From NCBI GenBank assembly GCA_022573225.1, contig JACZUI010000002.1:28751-92750 (forward strand): a stretch of 64,000 nucleotides of DNA, given 5' to 3'. Numbering within the stretch: the stretch's first letter is position 1; each line of letters begins with the position of its first letter. Shown piece after piece: positions 36,425-47,814 of this stretch. The translations under genes and the position numbers were made by a program. The notes below the pieces were generated by a model. The model was not told where the DNA came from. It was given only the letters and a program-made list of their open reading frames with translations, and made no database searches. The DNA comes from Acidobacteriota bacterium (GTDB taxonomy: Bacteria; Actinomycetota; Acidimicrobiia; Spongiisociales; ZC4RG35).

Positions 36425-37372
36425 TTGACCGACACTTCCCCCTTCCCCTCCGGACTGACCACGCGCCCTGCACGTCAGGACGACCTGCGTGCAGTGACAG
36501 AACTCCTGCGAGGCTCCGAATTAGTCGACCGGGGCGAGGCCGAGATCACACCTGAGGATGTGGCCAGCGTATGGAGCATGCCCGACTTCGACCTCGACAA
36601 AGAGTCCAACATGATCTTCGACGACGATCGACTGGTTGGCTACGGCGAGGTCTACCAATGGAGAGCAGAGGCCACCGTGTACCCGGACGCAAGGGACCGA
36701 GGCATCGGCACCGGGCTCGTCGCGTGGACTGAGCAAGCCACCCTCGCAAGACGATCGGCCAGCGAGGAGGCGCGGATCGGCCAAACCATCATCGACTCCA
36801 ACCACACGGCGATCGAACTCCTCAAGCGAAACGGCTACACCCGGCGCCACACGTCGTGGGCTCTTCGCATGCCGGGCGATGTAGAGATCAAGGATCAGCC
36901 CCTTCCCGACGGGTACGCAATCAGGCTCTTTGATGAGAAGGACGAACGTCAGGTTTTCCAGGTCGTCGAAGACGCCTTCAATGAGTGGCCCAACCGGACA
37001 CCAAGCACCTTCGAGAAATGGCAGGGTTGGGTCACCCTGAGAGACGACTTCGACCCGTCCCTTGTCTTTGTGGCCATCCATGAAGAGGAGGTCGTGGGTG
37101 TCGCAGTTGGGCTTTCCTACCCAGACGAAGGTTGGGTCCATCAGCTGGCGGTTCAACGCGACCATCGGCGCAAAGGCCTGGCGAAGGCATTACTGAAGAC
37201 GACCTTCGACCAGATGAGGACGCTCGGCTTTCCCGAAGTCGGGCTGAGCACAGATTCGCGTACCGGCGCGCTCGATCTGTATCTGGACCTCGGCATGGAG
37301 GTGCGGGAGTCCTACACCCACTACAGCAAACTGCTCAGGCCGGCTGCAATCGCCCAAGAGGCCGACGGATGA
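36425..37372 (+). CDS. two-domain GNAT N-acetyltransferase (mycothiol synthase MshD-like architecture)
   Basis: 315 aa, TTG start. Two acetyltransferase folds; the second has the acetyl-CoA motif QLAVQRDHRRKGLAKALL. Assignment to MshD itself is not proven. Confidence 0.65.
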   Translation: MTDTSPFPSGLTTRPARQDDLRAVTELLRGSELVDRGEAEITPEDVASVWSMPDFDLDKESNMIFDDDRLVGYGEVYQWRAEATVYPDARDRGIGTGLVAWTEQATLARRSASEEARIGQTIIDSNHTAIELLKRNGYTRRHTSWALRMPGDVEIKDQPLPDGYAIRLFDEKDERQVFQVVEDAFNEWPNRTPSTFEKWQGWVTLRDDFDPSLVFVAIHEEEVVGVAVGLSYPDEGWVHQLAVQRDHRRKGLAKALLKTTFDQMRTLGFPEVGLSTDSRTGALDLYLDLGMEVRESYTHYSKLLRPAAIAQEADG

Positions 37373-37803
37373 ATCTGAGCGCATCTCGGGACATACATCG
37401 ACCGGCCGCGGAGGTCTTCGAGTTCTTCGCGAACGCCTCCAACAATCCGCGCTGGCAGAACGGCATGGTCTCATGCGAGTGGACCACGCCACCGCCCATT
37501 GCCGTTGGCTCGACGTATGAACAGCACGCCAGGTTCATGGGAAGGGATATCCGCTCAGTGTTCTGGGTGACAGAGTTCGACCCAGGGACCCTGATAGCAA
37601 TCGAAACCATCGAATCGACATTTCCGATTCAGGTCCGACGATCCGTCTCATCGACCGGACCCGCTACCTGCCAGGTGAACGCTGAAATCACGGGTGGACC
37701 CGGCGGATTGATGAAGTTGTTGGAGCCGTTGATGGCGCGGTTCGCCCAGCGCTCGGTTGATGCCGATTATGACCGGCTCAGGACTTTGCTCGAGTCCGCA
37801 TAG
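37369..37803 (+). CDS. SRPBCC (START/polyketide-cyclase-like) family protein
   Basis: 144 aa from ATG 37369 (ATGA overlap with the GNAT stop). RDIHRPAAEVFEFFANASNNPRWQ... is a typical SRPBCC N-terminus. Confidence 0.65.
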   Translation: MNLSASRDIHRPAAEVFEFFANASNNPRWQNGMVSCEWTTPPPIAVGSTYEQHARFMGRDIRSVFWVTEFDPGTLIAIETIESTFPIQVRRSVSSTGPATCQVNAEITGGPGGLMKLLEPLMARFAQRSVDADYDRLRTLLESA

Positions 37804-37806
37804 AGC

Positions 37807-38160
37807 TCAGCTCCTCGGCTCACACCAAGCCTGGACAACCGACTGGATCTCGTTGGCAGCAGACTCAACATCGGCAGGGTCTGTGAACTTCATGTACCGA
37901 GCCGTCTCGCCGCCGCCTTCGAGTCGGGAATAGACGCCGGGAATTGATGCGCCGGTGTGAAACATCAGACTGACGTGAGCCTTGGTGCGGGGATCGAAGC
38001 TGGTCATATTCCCCATGTACATGAAGGTTGGGCTCTTCCACCTGATTGTCTCTTCCATCCGATCGTCGGAGAGGACGATCTCCCGAACTCGGAGCATTGA
38101 GTCTTTCGCCGGATGCTCATATTCGGCGAACCACGAATCGACATCGGGATTCATGTTCAT
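37807..38160 (-). CDS. DUF1801 domain protein
   Basis: 118 aa from ATG 38160. VDSWFAEYEHPAKDSMLRVREIVLS...IRWKSPTFMYMGNM resembles YdhG/DUF1801 proteins. Confidence 0.6.
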   Translation of the reverse strand: MNMNPDVDSWFAEYEHPAKDSMLRVREIVLSDDRMEETIRWKSPTFMYMGNMTSFDPRTKAHVSLMFHTGASIPGVYSRLEGGGETARYMKFTDPADVESAANEIQSVVQAWCEPRS

Positions 38161-38227
38161 CGTCGAGAGCCTACGCCTTCGTCCACACCCTCCGGGTAGG
38201 GTCAGACCGGCCAATCAAAGGAACCGG

Positions 38228-39028
38228 ATGAAAGCCCGCAGGTCACTTGTGACGATGGTTCTGCTCGGTCTGTTGGGTTCGGCATGCTCGCCAAACTCCG
38301 TGATAACCACCATCCCACCGACCACCACAACTTCTGAAGTGCCACCGCCTCCTGCCACAGGATCTTTGTCAACGACAACGACGATCACAGAGCCTGAGAC
38401 CACAACGACCGTGACGGAGGAGTCCGGTGACGTTGACGCTCAGCTCGAAGAGGCCAAGAGGCTCATGGATACTCCCGAGTTGGTCGAAGGCGGGACACTT
38501 GCCGAGAACGGCGCATTTGATGAGTCCTCACCTGGAACGAACCCGTTCGGAGAACTTGAGATCTACTCGTTCGTCAACAAGGAAGGCCGGCTCATCATCT
38601 ATATCGAAGGACCGGCGGAGCTCGTGCGAGCTTTCTGGGCCGAATTTGACGCCGTCGATGAAGCGGGAGCGGTGGTGAAGGACACCAGCTACCTCGGGGA
38701 CAAAGTCGTAGGCCCCCCGTGGGCGGGTACAGCTGAGAACGGCACAGAGGCGAAAGTCGCTGACAATCCTCCGAACGACCCGGCGCCCGGGAGCCGATTG
38801 GGTGCTTTGATCCCAACAGACATCACCACACTCGAGGAATTTTTTCGCGTCTCGATATGGCTTTATTCGGGTCTCGTGCAGGGAAACTACGACTTCTCTC
38901 ACTATCAGCTGCTGAAACAAACGATGCTCGAAAACAGCGAAGATGGGCTTCTCGTAGCCGCGATCTTCTTCGGGCTGCTGGGATTCGGTCCCAACAGCGC
39001 ACCCATACTATGGGTCGAAGGCTTGTAG
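38228..39028 (+). CDS. hypothetical lipoprotein with Thr/Pro-rich linker
   Basis: MKARRSLVTMVLLGLLGSAC signal/lipobox, then TTIPPTTTTSEVPPPPATGSLSTTTTITEPETTTT. No recognisable family. Confidence 0.5.
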   Translation: MKARRSLVTMVLLGLLGSACSPNSVITTIPPTTTTSEVPPPPATGSLSTTTTITEPETTTTVTEESGDVDAQLEEAKRLMDTPELVEGGTLAENGAFDESSPGTNPFGELEIYSFVNKEGRLIIYIEGPAELVRAFWAEFDAVDEAGAVVKDTSYLGDKVVGPPWAGTAENGTEAKVADNPPNDPAPGSRLGALIPTDITTLEEFFRVSIWLYSGLVQGNYDFSHYQLLKQTMLENSEDGLLVAAIFFGLLGFGPNSAPILWVEGL

Positions 39029-39029
39029 A

Positions 39030-39299
39030 TCAGACCCAGGAAATCATCAGGTTCAGGGCAACGAGAATCGGGACGAGCATCACCAGGGAGTTGACCACCC
39101 ACCTAATCCAAATCGTCTCGATCGGGATCATTAGGACGGCGGTTACAGCCAGGCCGAGGCTGAGCAGAACCATCAGGGTGGCTCCCAGTGTTGGCTCGCC
39201 ACCCGTCACCCCAAGATCGCCTGTAAGAGACAACCACCACGAGGCCACCGCCAACACCGTGCCCCAGAACCGGAGAACCCACTTCTGTCGTGGCTCCAA
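39030..39299 (-). CDS. small hypothetical membrane protein
   Basis: 89-aa ORF with three hydrophobic helices. Same strand as valS and 20 nt downstream of it. Confidence 0.4.
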   Translation of the reverse strand: MEPRQKWVLRFWGTVLAVASWWLSLTGDLGVTGGEPTLGATLMVLLSLGLAVTAVLMIPIETIWIRWVVNSLVMLVPILVALNLMISWV

Positions 39300-39319
39300 G
39301 CCAGGTGTATCGACCAGAC

Positions 39320-41848
39320 TCAGACCTCCGCCAACACCGAGTCAACAGCAAACTCACCCTCGGCGTAGGTGACCAGCGCGGCGCGAGTCGCCGCAGCAAG
39401 ATCGGGCTCGGCCTGCCGCACCAGTTCAATGGAACTCTTCTCGGCCGTGATCGAAACCGAATCCACTTCAGCCCGCATCGATGTCTTGGCGTCGGACTTG
39501 GCACGGCGCACCGAAGAAAGGACCTGACTGGTCATCTCGAGCACCCCTGGATCTCCTGCCACTTCGCTCAACTCGTCGAGGGAAGGCCAGTTTGCCCTGT
39601 GAACGGAGCCTTCCCGCCACCAGGACCAGACCTCTTCGGTGACAAAGGGAAGGAACGGCGCAAACAGTCTGAGATAGATGCTCAGCGACAACTGCAATGC
39701 GGCATGAGCTGAGACACCGGTGTCGCCGCCCTCATACGCCCGGGTCTTCACCAACTCCAGATAGTCGTCGGTCCAGGACCAGAAACTCTTCTCGGCGGTC
39801 TCGATGGCTCGGGCGTAGTCGTAACGCTCAAATGCAGAAGTGGCGGTCGCAACGACTTCTTCCAACGCAGCGAGCATCGAGCGATCGAGGGGCTCAGATA
39901 TGGCCGACGGGTCGACATCGTCGCCAAATCCGAGCACAAAACGGGAGGCGTTGAGGATCTTCAGGGCGAGACGACGCCCCACCCTCATCACCCCGAAATC
40001 GACCGCGGTGTCAACGCCAGGACGGCCGTTGCATGCCCAGTAGCGCACTGCCTCGGAGCCGTATTCCTCTATCAGTGGAGACGGCGTAACGACATTGCCT
40101 TTCGACTTGGTCATCTTCTTACGATCGGGATCGAGGATCCACCCGTTGATCGTGGCATGGCTCCACGGGATCTCACCGTGCTCGTAATGACTGCGGAGGA
40201 GCGTCGCGAAGAGCCAGGTCCTGATGATCTCAGGGCCCTGGGGACGGACGTCCATGGGGAACACCTTCTCGAACAGGTCCGGGTCGTCGTCCCAGTGACC
40301 CGCTATCTGAGGGGTCAGTGAAGAGGTTGCCCAAGTGTCCATCACGTCCGGATCCCCGGCGAAGCCACCAGGCTCGCCTCTCTGCGACTCGTCGAAGCCG
40401 GACGGCACCTCAGATGTCGGATCAATCGGCAGCGATTCGATGTCAGGGAGAATTGGCTCGTCGTAGACGATTGCGCCCAACTGGTCTATTGGGTACCACA
40501 CCGGGAGTGGGACCCCGAAGAATCGCTGGCGAGATATCAGCCAATCCCCATTGAGCCCCTCCACCCAATGCTTGTAGCGAACAGCCATGAAATCTGGGAT
40601 CCAGTCGAGCTCCTCGCCCTGACTCAGAAGGTGGGCGCGTAAGCCGTCATCCCGACCGCCGTTGCGGATGTACCACTGACGGCTGGAAACGATCTCCAAG
40701 GGGCGGTCGCCTTTCTCATAGAACTTGACCGGATGGGTTATCTGGCGGGGCTCACCATCGAGATCCCCCGACTCGGCCAGCAATTCGACCATCTTGCGAC
40801 GCGCTTGATTCGGATAGAGACCACCGATCAGCGCGTACGTCTCACGCCCATCGGCATTCTCGATCCAATCAGGGGTCTCCTCGGTAAACCGGCCGTTGGT
40901 CTGGAGGACGCTCCTCGTGGGTAGGTCGAGCTCACGCCACCATGTGACGTCGGTGGTGTCGCCCCAGGTGCAAATCATCGCCACCCCGCTCCCCTTTTCT
41001 GGTTCGGCCAGTTCATGGGCAACGACGGGCAGCTCGACATCGAATAGAGGCGAGCGGACAGTCGAGCCAAACAGTGGCTGGTAACGCTCATCATTGGGAT
41101 GGGCGACCAATGCGACGCATGAGCAGATCAGCTCGGGTCGGGTCGTCTCGACGTGGACCGACGTGCCGTCCTCGCGGTGGAACGCCACCCGGTGATTGGC
41201 GCCGGGACGCTCACGATCCTCCAGCTCGGCCTGGGCAACGGCCGACTTGAAGTCCACATCCCACAAAACCGGAGCCTCCTGCGAGTAGGCCTCGCCCCGC
41301 GCCAGGTTGTTGAGAAACGCTCGCTGACTGGTACGCCGGCAGTGGTCGTCGATTGTGGCGTAACTCTGTGTCCAGTCGACGGAGAGCCCCAAGGTTCGCC
41401 AAAGATTCTCGAAGACCTTCTCATCCTGGACGGTCAGCACATGGCAGAGGTCGATGAAGTTGCGACGGCTGATCGACATCGGCGGTTCGGGCGGATCATC
41501 CGGCGGCTCAAAGGCCGCGTCGTAAGGCAGCGAAGGGTCGCATCTCACCCCGTAGTAGTTCTGGACCCGCCGCTCGGTGGGAAGACCGTTGTCGTCCCAA
41601 CCCATCGGATAGAAGACTTCCTTGCCTTTCATCCTCTGGTAGCGAGCGATGGCGTCGGTCTGGACATAGCCAAAGACAGACCCCATGTGGAGCGATCCCG
41701 AGACTGTCGGGGGCGGGGTGTCGATAGAAAAGATCTCTTCGCGGGTCTTGGTGCGGTCGAACCGGTAGGTCTCGTTGGTTTCCCAGTGTTCCATCCACTT
41801 GGCTTCCAGGCCTTCGAGGCCAGGCTTCTCAGGAACGTTGCGTGTCAT
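39320..41848 (-). CDS. valS: valine--tRNA ligase
   Basis: 842 aa. Class I HIGH-type motif (PPTVSGSLHMGS), KMTKSKGN (KMSKS), editing domain, and ValS-typical N-terminus (LE.KW...W....Y.F). Confidence 0.95.
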   Translation of the reverse strand: MTRNVPEKPGLEGLEAKWMEHWETNETYRFDRTKTREEIFSIDTPPPTVSGSLHMGSVFGYVQTDAIARYQRMKGKEVFYPMGWDDNGLPTERRVQNYYGVRCDPSLPYDAAFEPPDDPPEPPMSISRRNFIDLCHVLTVQDEKVFENLWRTLGLSVDWTQSYATIDDHCRRTSQRAFLNNLARGEAYSQEAPVLWDVDFKSAVAQAELEDRERPGANHRVAFHREDGTSVHVETTRPELICSCVALVAHPNDERYQPLFGSTVRSPLFDVELPVVAHELAEPEKGSGVAMICTWGDTTDVTWWRELDLPTRSVLQTNGRFTEETPDWIENADGRETYALIGGLYPNQARRKMVELLAESGDLDGEPRQITHPVKFYEKGDRPLEIVSSRQWYIRNGGRDDGLRAHLLSQGEELDWIPDFMAVRYKHWVEGLNGDWLISRQRFFGVPLPVWYPIDQLGAIVYDEPILPDIESLPIDPTSEVPSGFDESQRGEPGGFAGDPDVMDTWATSSLTPQIAGHWDDDPDLFEKVFPMDVRPQGPEIIRTWLFATLLRSHYEHGEIPWSHATINGWILDPDRKKMTKSKGNVVTPSPLIEEYGSEAVRYWACNGRPGVDTAVDFGVMRVGRRLALKILNASRFVLGFGDDVDPSAISEPLDRSMLAALEEVVATATSAFERYDYARAIETAEKSFWSWTDDYLELVKTRAYEGGDTGVSAHAALQLSLSIYLRLFAPFLPFVTEEVWSWWREGSVHRANWPSLDELSEVAGDPGVLEMTSQVLSSVRRAKSDAKTSMRAEVDSVSITAEKSSIELVRQAEPDLAAATRAALVTYAEGEFAVDSVLAEV

Positions 41849-41893
41849 CGAATCGGGAAGGGTAACGGCGTAGTGTCGAAAGGCTGAGACGAG

Positions 41894-44371
41894 CTAGAGC
41901 CGCGCCCCGAGATAGGACGCAAGTCGCAACAGGTCGGCAAACACTCCCCCGGCGGTCACATCAGGGCCGGCGCCCGGTCCCTGGACCACGAGCGGATTCT
42001 GGTGGTATCGGCGTGTCTGGAACTGGACGATGTTGTCCGTCAGTTGAATCCGGGCGAAAGCGTGGTCGGCCTTGTAGGGCCGCAGAGCGACAGAGCAGCC
42101 CTTCTCGGGGTCGATCACACCAACAAACCTCAGGACTTCACCACGGGCCCGCGCCTCCTCGACCGTCACCAGCATCGCGTCATCGTGATCAGTCAACCGT
42201 TCGAGGAACTCATCGACCGACCCTGACTCGAGGCCTTCCGGCACCAGTCCATCAATATCGAGGTCGGAGAGACTCAGATCGAGACCCATCTCCCGAGCCA
42301 GGATGACCACCTTCCGGGCGACGTCCATGCCGGAGAGGTCCTCACGTGGGTCGGGCTCGGTGTAACCGGCATCTCTGGCCACCCGAACGATCTCCGAGAA
42401 GGGCCTGGTTCCGTCGAAGCTGTTGAACAAATACGAGAGAGTTCCGGAGAAGATGCCCTCTATCCGCTTGACCTCATCGCCGGTCTGGACCAGGTCGCGC
42501 AGGGTTTGGACGATGGGCAGGGCGGCGCCAACTGTCGTTTCGTAGAGATAATGGGCGTCGGCCCGACGACTGAGCTCCATCAATGACCTGTATTCCTCGA
42601 TCGAAGCGGTGTTCGCCTTCTTGTTTGGTGTTATGACATGGATGCCTTGGGACAGCCATTCGACGTATCTTGCTGCCACCTCGTCACTGGCGGTGCAGTC
42701 GATGATGACTGCGTGTGGTACCGAGTCGGTGTGGACATGGCTGGTCAGTTGGTCGAGGTCGGCCGGGATCGTTCCCGGATCGGATGAGTTGAGACGATCG
42801 CGCCAGTTGTCGAGATCGATGCGGTGCTCGTCGAGCAGCATGACTGTTGATGTTGAGATGGCCCGCACCCGCAGATCAACCCGGTACTCCTCCCGTAGCC
42901 AGTCGAGCCGTCGACCCAACTGGTCGAGCAACGTCGCCCCAACATGGCCCGGTCCGATCAACCCGATGGAAAGGGTTTGTCTCGAGAGGTAGAAACTCGA
43001 GTGCACCGCCCGCAATGCCCGGGTCGCATCGGCCTCATCGATGACTATCGAGATATTGCGCTCCGACGCCCCCTGAGCGATGGCACGCACGTTGACTCCG
43101 GCACGAGCAAGCGCCCCGAAGAAGCCGGCGGCCACGCCCGGCGTTCCCGCCATCGAGTCGCCGACCACGGCAAGGACCGTGCAGCCTCTGGTGACCTCGA
43201 GCGACTGGATCTGGCCGTGCTGGCTAATGCCTTTGAATCCGCTCTCGATCGCTCGCTTCGCCGTGTCTGCCTGGTTCTCAGGAAGGACAAAGCAGATCGA
43301 GTGCTCCGAGCTGCCCTGGGAGATCATCACAACCGAGACGCCGGCCTCCCGAAGAATGCCGAAGAGGCGCTCAGAGATGCCAGGGACGCCGACCATCGCC
43401 GACCCTTCCAGGTTGAGAAGGGCCATGGCGCCTATGGAGGCGAACCCCTTGACCGCCGACTCCGTGCTCGAGGTGAGATGGATGCGCGTACCTGGCGCCG
43501 AGGGGTTGAACGTGTTTCGAATGAAGATCGGAATCTCATCTTCTATTGCGGGCGACATGGTGGCCGGGTGAATCACCTTGGCCCCGAAGTAGGCGAGCTC
43601 CATCGCCTCGTTGTAGGAAAGCTCGTCTAGGACCTTTGCCTCAGGAACCAGGCGCGGGTCGGCGCTCAGCACACCATCGACGTCGGTCCAGATGGTGATC
43701 TCGTCCGCTCCGAGCAGAGAGGCGAAAATCGATGCCGAGTAGTCACTTCCGTTGCGCCCGAGTGTGGTCGGGGCGCCTTGTGGGTCTGATGCGATGAATC
43801 CGGTGATGACGACCATGTCCGCGGGGTTCTCGGCAAGCCAGTGGCTGAGCCTGGCCCTCGAGGCCTTCCAGTCGACCATTGGCGCCACATCGGCCGGATC
43901 AACCACCAACACCTCTCGGGCGTCGAGCCAGACGACATCGTGTCCGCCGGATACGAGATGCTCCGCGAGAAGACGAGCCGACCAGAGCTCTCCGAAGCCG
44001 GCGACTGTGGCGACCGCGTTGTCTGTGGGCGCGCCCATCACCCGTGTCGCCCGGAGGACGTCTTTGATGTCCCCAAAGTCCTTTTCGACTCCGGCCAGAA
44101 GCTGGTGCGCCCGGTCTTCCGGTATCAGAGCCTCAGTCAGAGAGACCTGTTTCTGTTGGAGGAGTTCGACGTGATCCTCGTATGAAGAGTCCCGGCGACC
44201 AGCCCTGTTCACCAGATCGATCAGCCCGTCGGTCATCCCCGCCATCGCTGAAACGACGATGGCTCGTTTGGCCGACGTGGGCGACTCGAGGACAGCACCA
44301 ACGGCCTTGTAGGCGGCAGCGTCGGCGAGACTGCTACCGCCAAATTTGTGAGTGATCCAGCGTTGGGGCAT
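41894..44371 (-). CDS. thrA: bifunctional aspartate kinase / homoserine dehydrogenase (ThrA-type)
   Basis: 825 aa. N-terminal kinase HKFGGSSL, ACT region, and C-terminal homoserine dehydrogenase (LIGPGHVGATLL, ...GAGPDVTAGGVFADLLR). Confidence 0.85.
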   Translation of the reverse strand: MPQRWITHKFGGSSLADAAAYKAVGAVLESPTSAKRAIVVSAMAGMTDGLIDLVNRAGRRDSSYEDHVELLQQKQVSLTEALIPEDRAHQLLAGVEKDFGDIKDVLRATRVMGAPTDNAVATVAGFGELWSARLLAEHLVSGGHDVVWLDAREVLVVDPADVAPMVDWKASRARLSHWLAENPADMVVITGFIASDPQGAPTTLGRNGSDYSASIFASLLGADEITIWTDVDGVLSADPRLVPEAKVLDELSYNEAMELAYFGAKVIHPATMSPAIEDEIPIFIRNTFNPSAPGTRIHLTSSTESAVKGFASIGAMALLNLEGSAMVGVPGISERLFGILREAGVSVVMISQGSSEHSICFVLPENQADTAKRAIESGFKGISQHGQIQSLEVTRGCTVLAVVGDSMAGTPGVAAGFFGALARAGVNVRAIAQGASERNISIVIDEADATRALRAVHSSFYLSRQTLSIGLIGPGHVGATLLDQLGRRLDWLREEYRVDLRVRAISTSTVMLLDEHRIDLDNWRDRLNSSDPGTIPADLDQLTSHVHTDSVPHAVIIDCTASDEVAARYVEWLSQGIHVITPNKKANTASIEEYRSLMELSRRADAHYLYETTVGAALPIVQTLRDLVQTGDEVKRIEGIFSGTLSYLFNSFDGTRPFSEIVRVARDAGYTEPDPREDLSGMDVARKVVILAREMGLDLSLSDLDIDGLVPEGLESGSVDEFLERLTDHDDAMLVTVEEARARGEVLRFVGVIDPEKGCSVALRPYKADHAFARIQLTDNIVQFQTRRYHQNPLVVQGPGAGPDVTAGGVFADLLRLASYLGARL

Positions 44372-44380
44372 CCGGGATTG

Positions 44381-47300
44381 TCACATGTTCCGGCGGTAGC
44401 GGCCGCCCACTTCATACAGAGCGTTGCTCATCTGGCCCAATGAGGCCACCTTGGCCGTCTCCATCAACTGGGCAAAGACGTTTTCTCCATGGACCGCCAC
44501 ACGCTGGAGGTCGGCGAGAGATGCGGCGGTCCGTTCGGCATTGCGTTCCTGGACCGCCCGTACATTTGCGATCTGCCGGTCCTTGTCCTCGGTGGTCGAC
44601 CGGATCAGCTCATTGGGGATCTCAAATGGCGAGCCCTCTTTGGAAAGGAAGGTGTTGACACCCACAATCGGATAGTCGCCCGACTCCTTCTGCTGCTCGT
44701 AGTAGAGCGACTCCTCCTGGATCTTGGTCCGCTGATACTGGCGTTCCATCGCACCCAACACTCCCCCACGACTGTTGAGCCGATCAAACTCCGTCAGCAC
44801 GGCTTCTTCGACCAGATCGGTCAGCTCCCGGATGATGAAGCTCCCCTGAAGCGGGTTCTCGTTCTTCGCCATGCCCAGCTCACGGTTGATGATCAGCTGG
44901 ATGGCCAACGCTCGACGAACCGACTCCTCGGTTGGCGTGGTGATGGCCTCGTCGTAGGCGTTGGTATGAAGGCTGTTGGTGTTGTCGTAGATCGCATATA
45001 GGGCCTGGAGAGTCGTTCTGATGTCGTTGAAGCCGATCTCCTGGGCATGGAGCGACCGGCCCGATGTCTGAACGTGGTATTTCAGCTTCTGCGACCGCTC
45101 GTCACCCCCGTATTTGCCCTTCATCGCCTTGGACCAGATCCTCCGGGCCACCCGGCCGATGACCGCGTATTCGGCATCGATGCCGTTGGAGAAGAAGAAC
45201 GACAGATTCGGGGCGAAGTCGTCGATCTCCATCCCCCGGGCCAGATAATTCTCGACGAAGGTGAATCCGTTGGCCAGGGTGAAGGCAAGCTGGGTAATCG
45301 GGTTGGCTCCCGCCTCGGCCATGTGATACCCGCTGATCGACACCGAGTAGAAATTGCGCACATCGTTGTCGACGAAGTACTGCTGGATGTCGCCCATCAT
45401 CCGCAACGCGAACTCGGTGGAGAAAATGCATGTGTTCTGGGCTTGATCCTCCTTGAGGATGTCAGCCTGAACCGTCCCGCGAACCCGGCTCATCGTCTTT
45501 GCCTTGATCTCGTCGTAGACGTCCTCCGGGAGCACCTGATCTCCGGTGACGCCGAGGAATCGGAGGCCCCGGCCCTCGTTGCCCGCGGGCAGGTCCCCGT
45601 GGTACACGGGTCTCGATAGGTCACCGTGAATCTCGTCGATACGCAGGCTGACCTCGTCCCACATATCGTTCTCGGTGATGTATGTCTCGCAGGCCTGGTC
45701 GATCGCCGCGTTCATGAAGAAGGCAAGGATCATCGGGGCCGGCCCGTTGATCGTCATCGAGACAGATGTCATCGGGTCGGAAAGGTCGAAGCCGGAGTAG
45801 AGCTTCTTGGCGTCGTCCAATGTCGCGATGGATACCCCCGAGTTGCCTACTTTCCCGTAGATGTCAGGTCGTTCATGGGGATCCTCGCCATAGAGGGTCA
45901 CCGAGTCGAAGGCCGTTGACAGGCGTTTTGCCGCCGTGTCTGCGGCCAGATAATGGAATCGACGGTTGGTCTGCTCGGGCGGGCCCTCGCCGGCGAACAT
46001 ACGGGCCGGATCTTCTTCCTCCCGCTTGAACGGGAACACGCCAGACGTGTAGGGAAACTCCCCGGGCACGTTCTCCTGAAGCAGCCACTCGAGACGGTCA
46101 CCCCAACTCCGGTACTGGGGCAGGGCGACCTTGGGGATCCTCGTGTGCGACAGCGTCTCGTGATGAAGTGGGACCCGAATCTCATGTCCCCGTACGTGAT
46201 AGATGAACTCCTCACCGGAGTACTCCGCCTGGAGTGCCTCCCATCGCTCCAGCTTCTGTCTGTTCTCGGGCTCGATGTCCCCCTTGGCGGTCTCGACCAG
46301 CCGCGCCAGCTCAGGGGCGTCCGTCTCCGACAACCGGTAGAATCGCTCGGCGGCCTCAGCCTGCGATTTCGCCCAGGCGTCATAGCGGTGGATCTCCTCG
46401 ACGATCTCCGCCAGATAACGCGACCGTTCGGGCGGCACGACATGCTGTTTGGCCGACTCGGCGAGCGGCAGGTCGATGGTCGAGTCAAGACCCATGCCCC
46501 GCCCGGCCAGGGCCGAAACGAGAGCCTTGTAGAACCGGTTGATTCCGGGGTCGTTGAAGTCGGATGCAATGGTCAGATAGATCGGCAATTGCCGATCGTC
46601 GACATCAAATTGGAGATGATTCCTCTTGTATTGCTTGCGAACGTCGCGAAGGGCGTCGAGGGCACCCTCCTTGTCCGACTTGTTGATCGCGACCAAATCG
46701 GCAAAGTCGAGCATGTCGATCTTCTCCAACTGAGTTGCCGCTCCGTATTCAGGTGTCATCACGTAGGTCGCCACGTCAGAGAAGTCGACGATCTCGGTGT
46801 CCGCCTGGCCGATTCCGGATGTCTCCAGGATGACCAGGTCGAAGCCCGCCGCCTTGACGATGTTGATCGCATGACGGACATGGGGGGAAAGTGCGAGATT
46901 CGACTGTCTCGTGGCGAGCGACCGCATGTAGGCCCGCGGGTGTGGAAGGGAGTTCATCCTGATTCGATCCCCGAGCAGAGCACCGCCGGAACGACGCTTG
47001 GAGGGATCCACCGAGATGACGGCGAGTCGCTTCTCCGGAAAATCGATGAGGAACCTTCGCACTATCTCGTCGACAAGGCTGGACTTGCCCGATCCACCCG
47101 TGCCGGTGATCCCAACAACTGGCGCCGTCGACCCCAATGCCCTGGTTTCAACCTCCTCGAGAAGGTCGACGTACTTGTCCCCGTAGTTCTCCGCGGCAGA
47201 GATCAGCCTTGCGATGACCTTGACGTTTGCCGTATCAAGCAGTGACAGGTCGAAATCCTCCCCGAGCTCACCAGCAGGAAAGTCCGACCGCGTCAGCATG

Positions 47301-47719
47301 TCGGTGACCATCCCCTGGAGACCCATCTCGCGCCCATCGTCGGGCGAGTAGATCCTGGTGACTCCATAGTCGCCAAGCTCCCTGGCCTCTGCCGGGAGGA
47401 TGGTGCCACCGCCGCCGCCAAAGATCCTGATGTGGCTGGCATCGCGTTCAACCAGAAGATCGCACAAGTAACGGTAGAACTCCATGTGGCCGCCCTGATA
47501 CGAGGTAACCGCGATGGCGTGGGCATCCTCCTCGATGGCAGACTCGACGATGTCCAGCCCCGTCCGGTTGTGACCAAGATGGATGACCTCGGCTCCTGAG
47601 GCCTGAAGGATGCGCCGGAAGATGTTGATTGCAGCATCGTGGCCATCGAACAGTGTCGTGGCGGTGACGAATCTGACCTTGTTGGCGATGTTCGGCCTGC
47701 GTGAAGAGGCGTCTGGCAT
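44381..47719 (-). CDS. icmF: fused isobutyryl-CoA mutase IcmF (B12-binding domain + MeaB-like GTPase + mutase domain)
   Basis: 1112 aa. N-terminal B12 domain ([29 protein letters not shown]), P-loop [12 protein letters not shown], and C-terminal methylmalonyl-CoA-mutase-like barrel. Confidence 0.9.
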   Translation of the reverse strand: MPDASSRRPNIANKVRFVTATTLFDGHDAAINIFRRILQASGAEVIHLGHNRTGLDIVESAIEEDAHAIAVTSYQGGHMEFYRYLCDLLVERDASHIRIFGGGGGTILPAEARELGDYGVTRIYSPDDGREMGLQGMVTDMLTRSDFPAGELGEDFDLSLLDTANVKVIARLISAAENYGDKYVDLLEEVETRALGSTAPVVGITGTGGSGKSSLVDEIVRRFLIDFPEKRLAVISVDPSKRRSGGALLGDRIRMNSLPHPRAYMRSLATRQSNLALSPHVRHAINIVKAAGFDLVILETSGIGQADTEIVDFSDVATYVMTPEYGAATQLEKIDMLDFADLVAINKSDKEGALDALRDVRKQYKRNHLQFDVDDRQLPIYLTIASDFNDPGINRFYKALVSALAGRGMGLDSTIDLPLAESAKQHVVPPERSRYLAEIVEEIHRYDAWAKSQAEAAERFYRLSETDAPELARLVETAKGDIEPENRQKLERWEALQAEYSGEEFIYHVRGHEIRVPLHHETLSHTRIPKVALPQYRSWGDRLEWLLQENVPGEFPYTSGVFPFKREEEDPARMFAGEGPPEQTNRRFHYLAADTAAKRLSTAFDSVTLYGEDPHERPDIYGKVGNSGVSIATLDDAKKLYSGFDLSDPMTSVSMTINGPAPMILAFFMNAAIDQACETYITENDMWDEVSLRIDEIHGDLSRPVYHGDLPAGNEGRGLRFLGVTGDQVLPEDVYDEIKAKTMSRVRGTVQADILKEDQAQNTCIFSTEFALRMMGDIQQYFVDNDVRNFYSVSISGYHMAEAGANPITQLAFTLANGFTFVENYLARGMEIDDFAPNLSFFFSNGIDAEYAVIGRVARRIWSKAMKGKYGGDERSQKLKYHVQTSGRSLHAQEIGFNDIRTTLQALYAIYDNTNSLHTNAYDEAITTPTEESVRRALAIQLIINRELGMAKNENPLQGSFIIRELTDLVEEAVLTEFDRLNSRGGVLGAMERQYQRTKIQEESLYYEQQKESGDYPIVGVNTFLSKEGSPFEIPNELIRSTTEDKDRQIANVRAVQERNAERTAASLADLQRVAVHGENVFAQLMETAKVASLGQMSNALYEVGGRYRRNM

Positions 47720-47814
47720 ATCTCCCTTCCAGGGGACTAGTCCAAACTGTACCCAGGAATATGTTCTCCATTCCGATTCACCTTGTGGAAAACTCCGCTA
47801 GATTGACATGTGGG

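Noticed and set aside
47720-47814. Possible cobalamin riboswitch upstream of the B12-dependent icmF.
   Set aside because: The spacer is only 95 nt, shared with a divergent gene, with no B12-box-like sequence or extended pairing.
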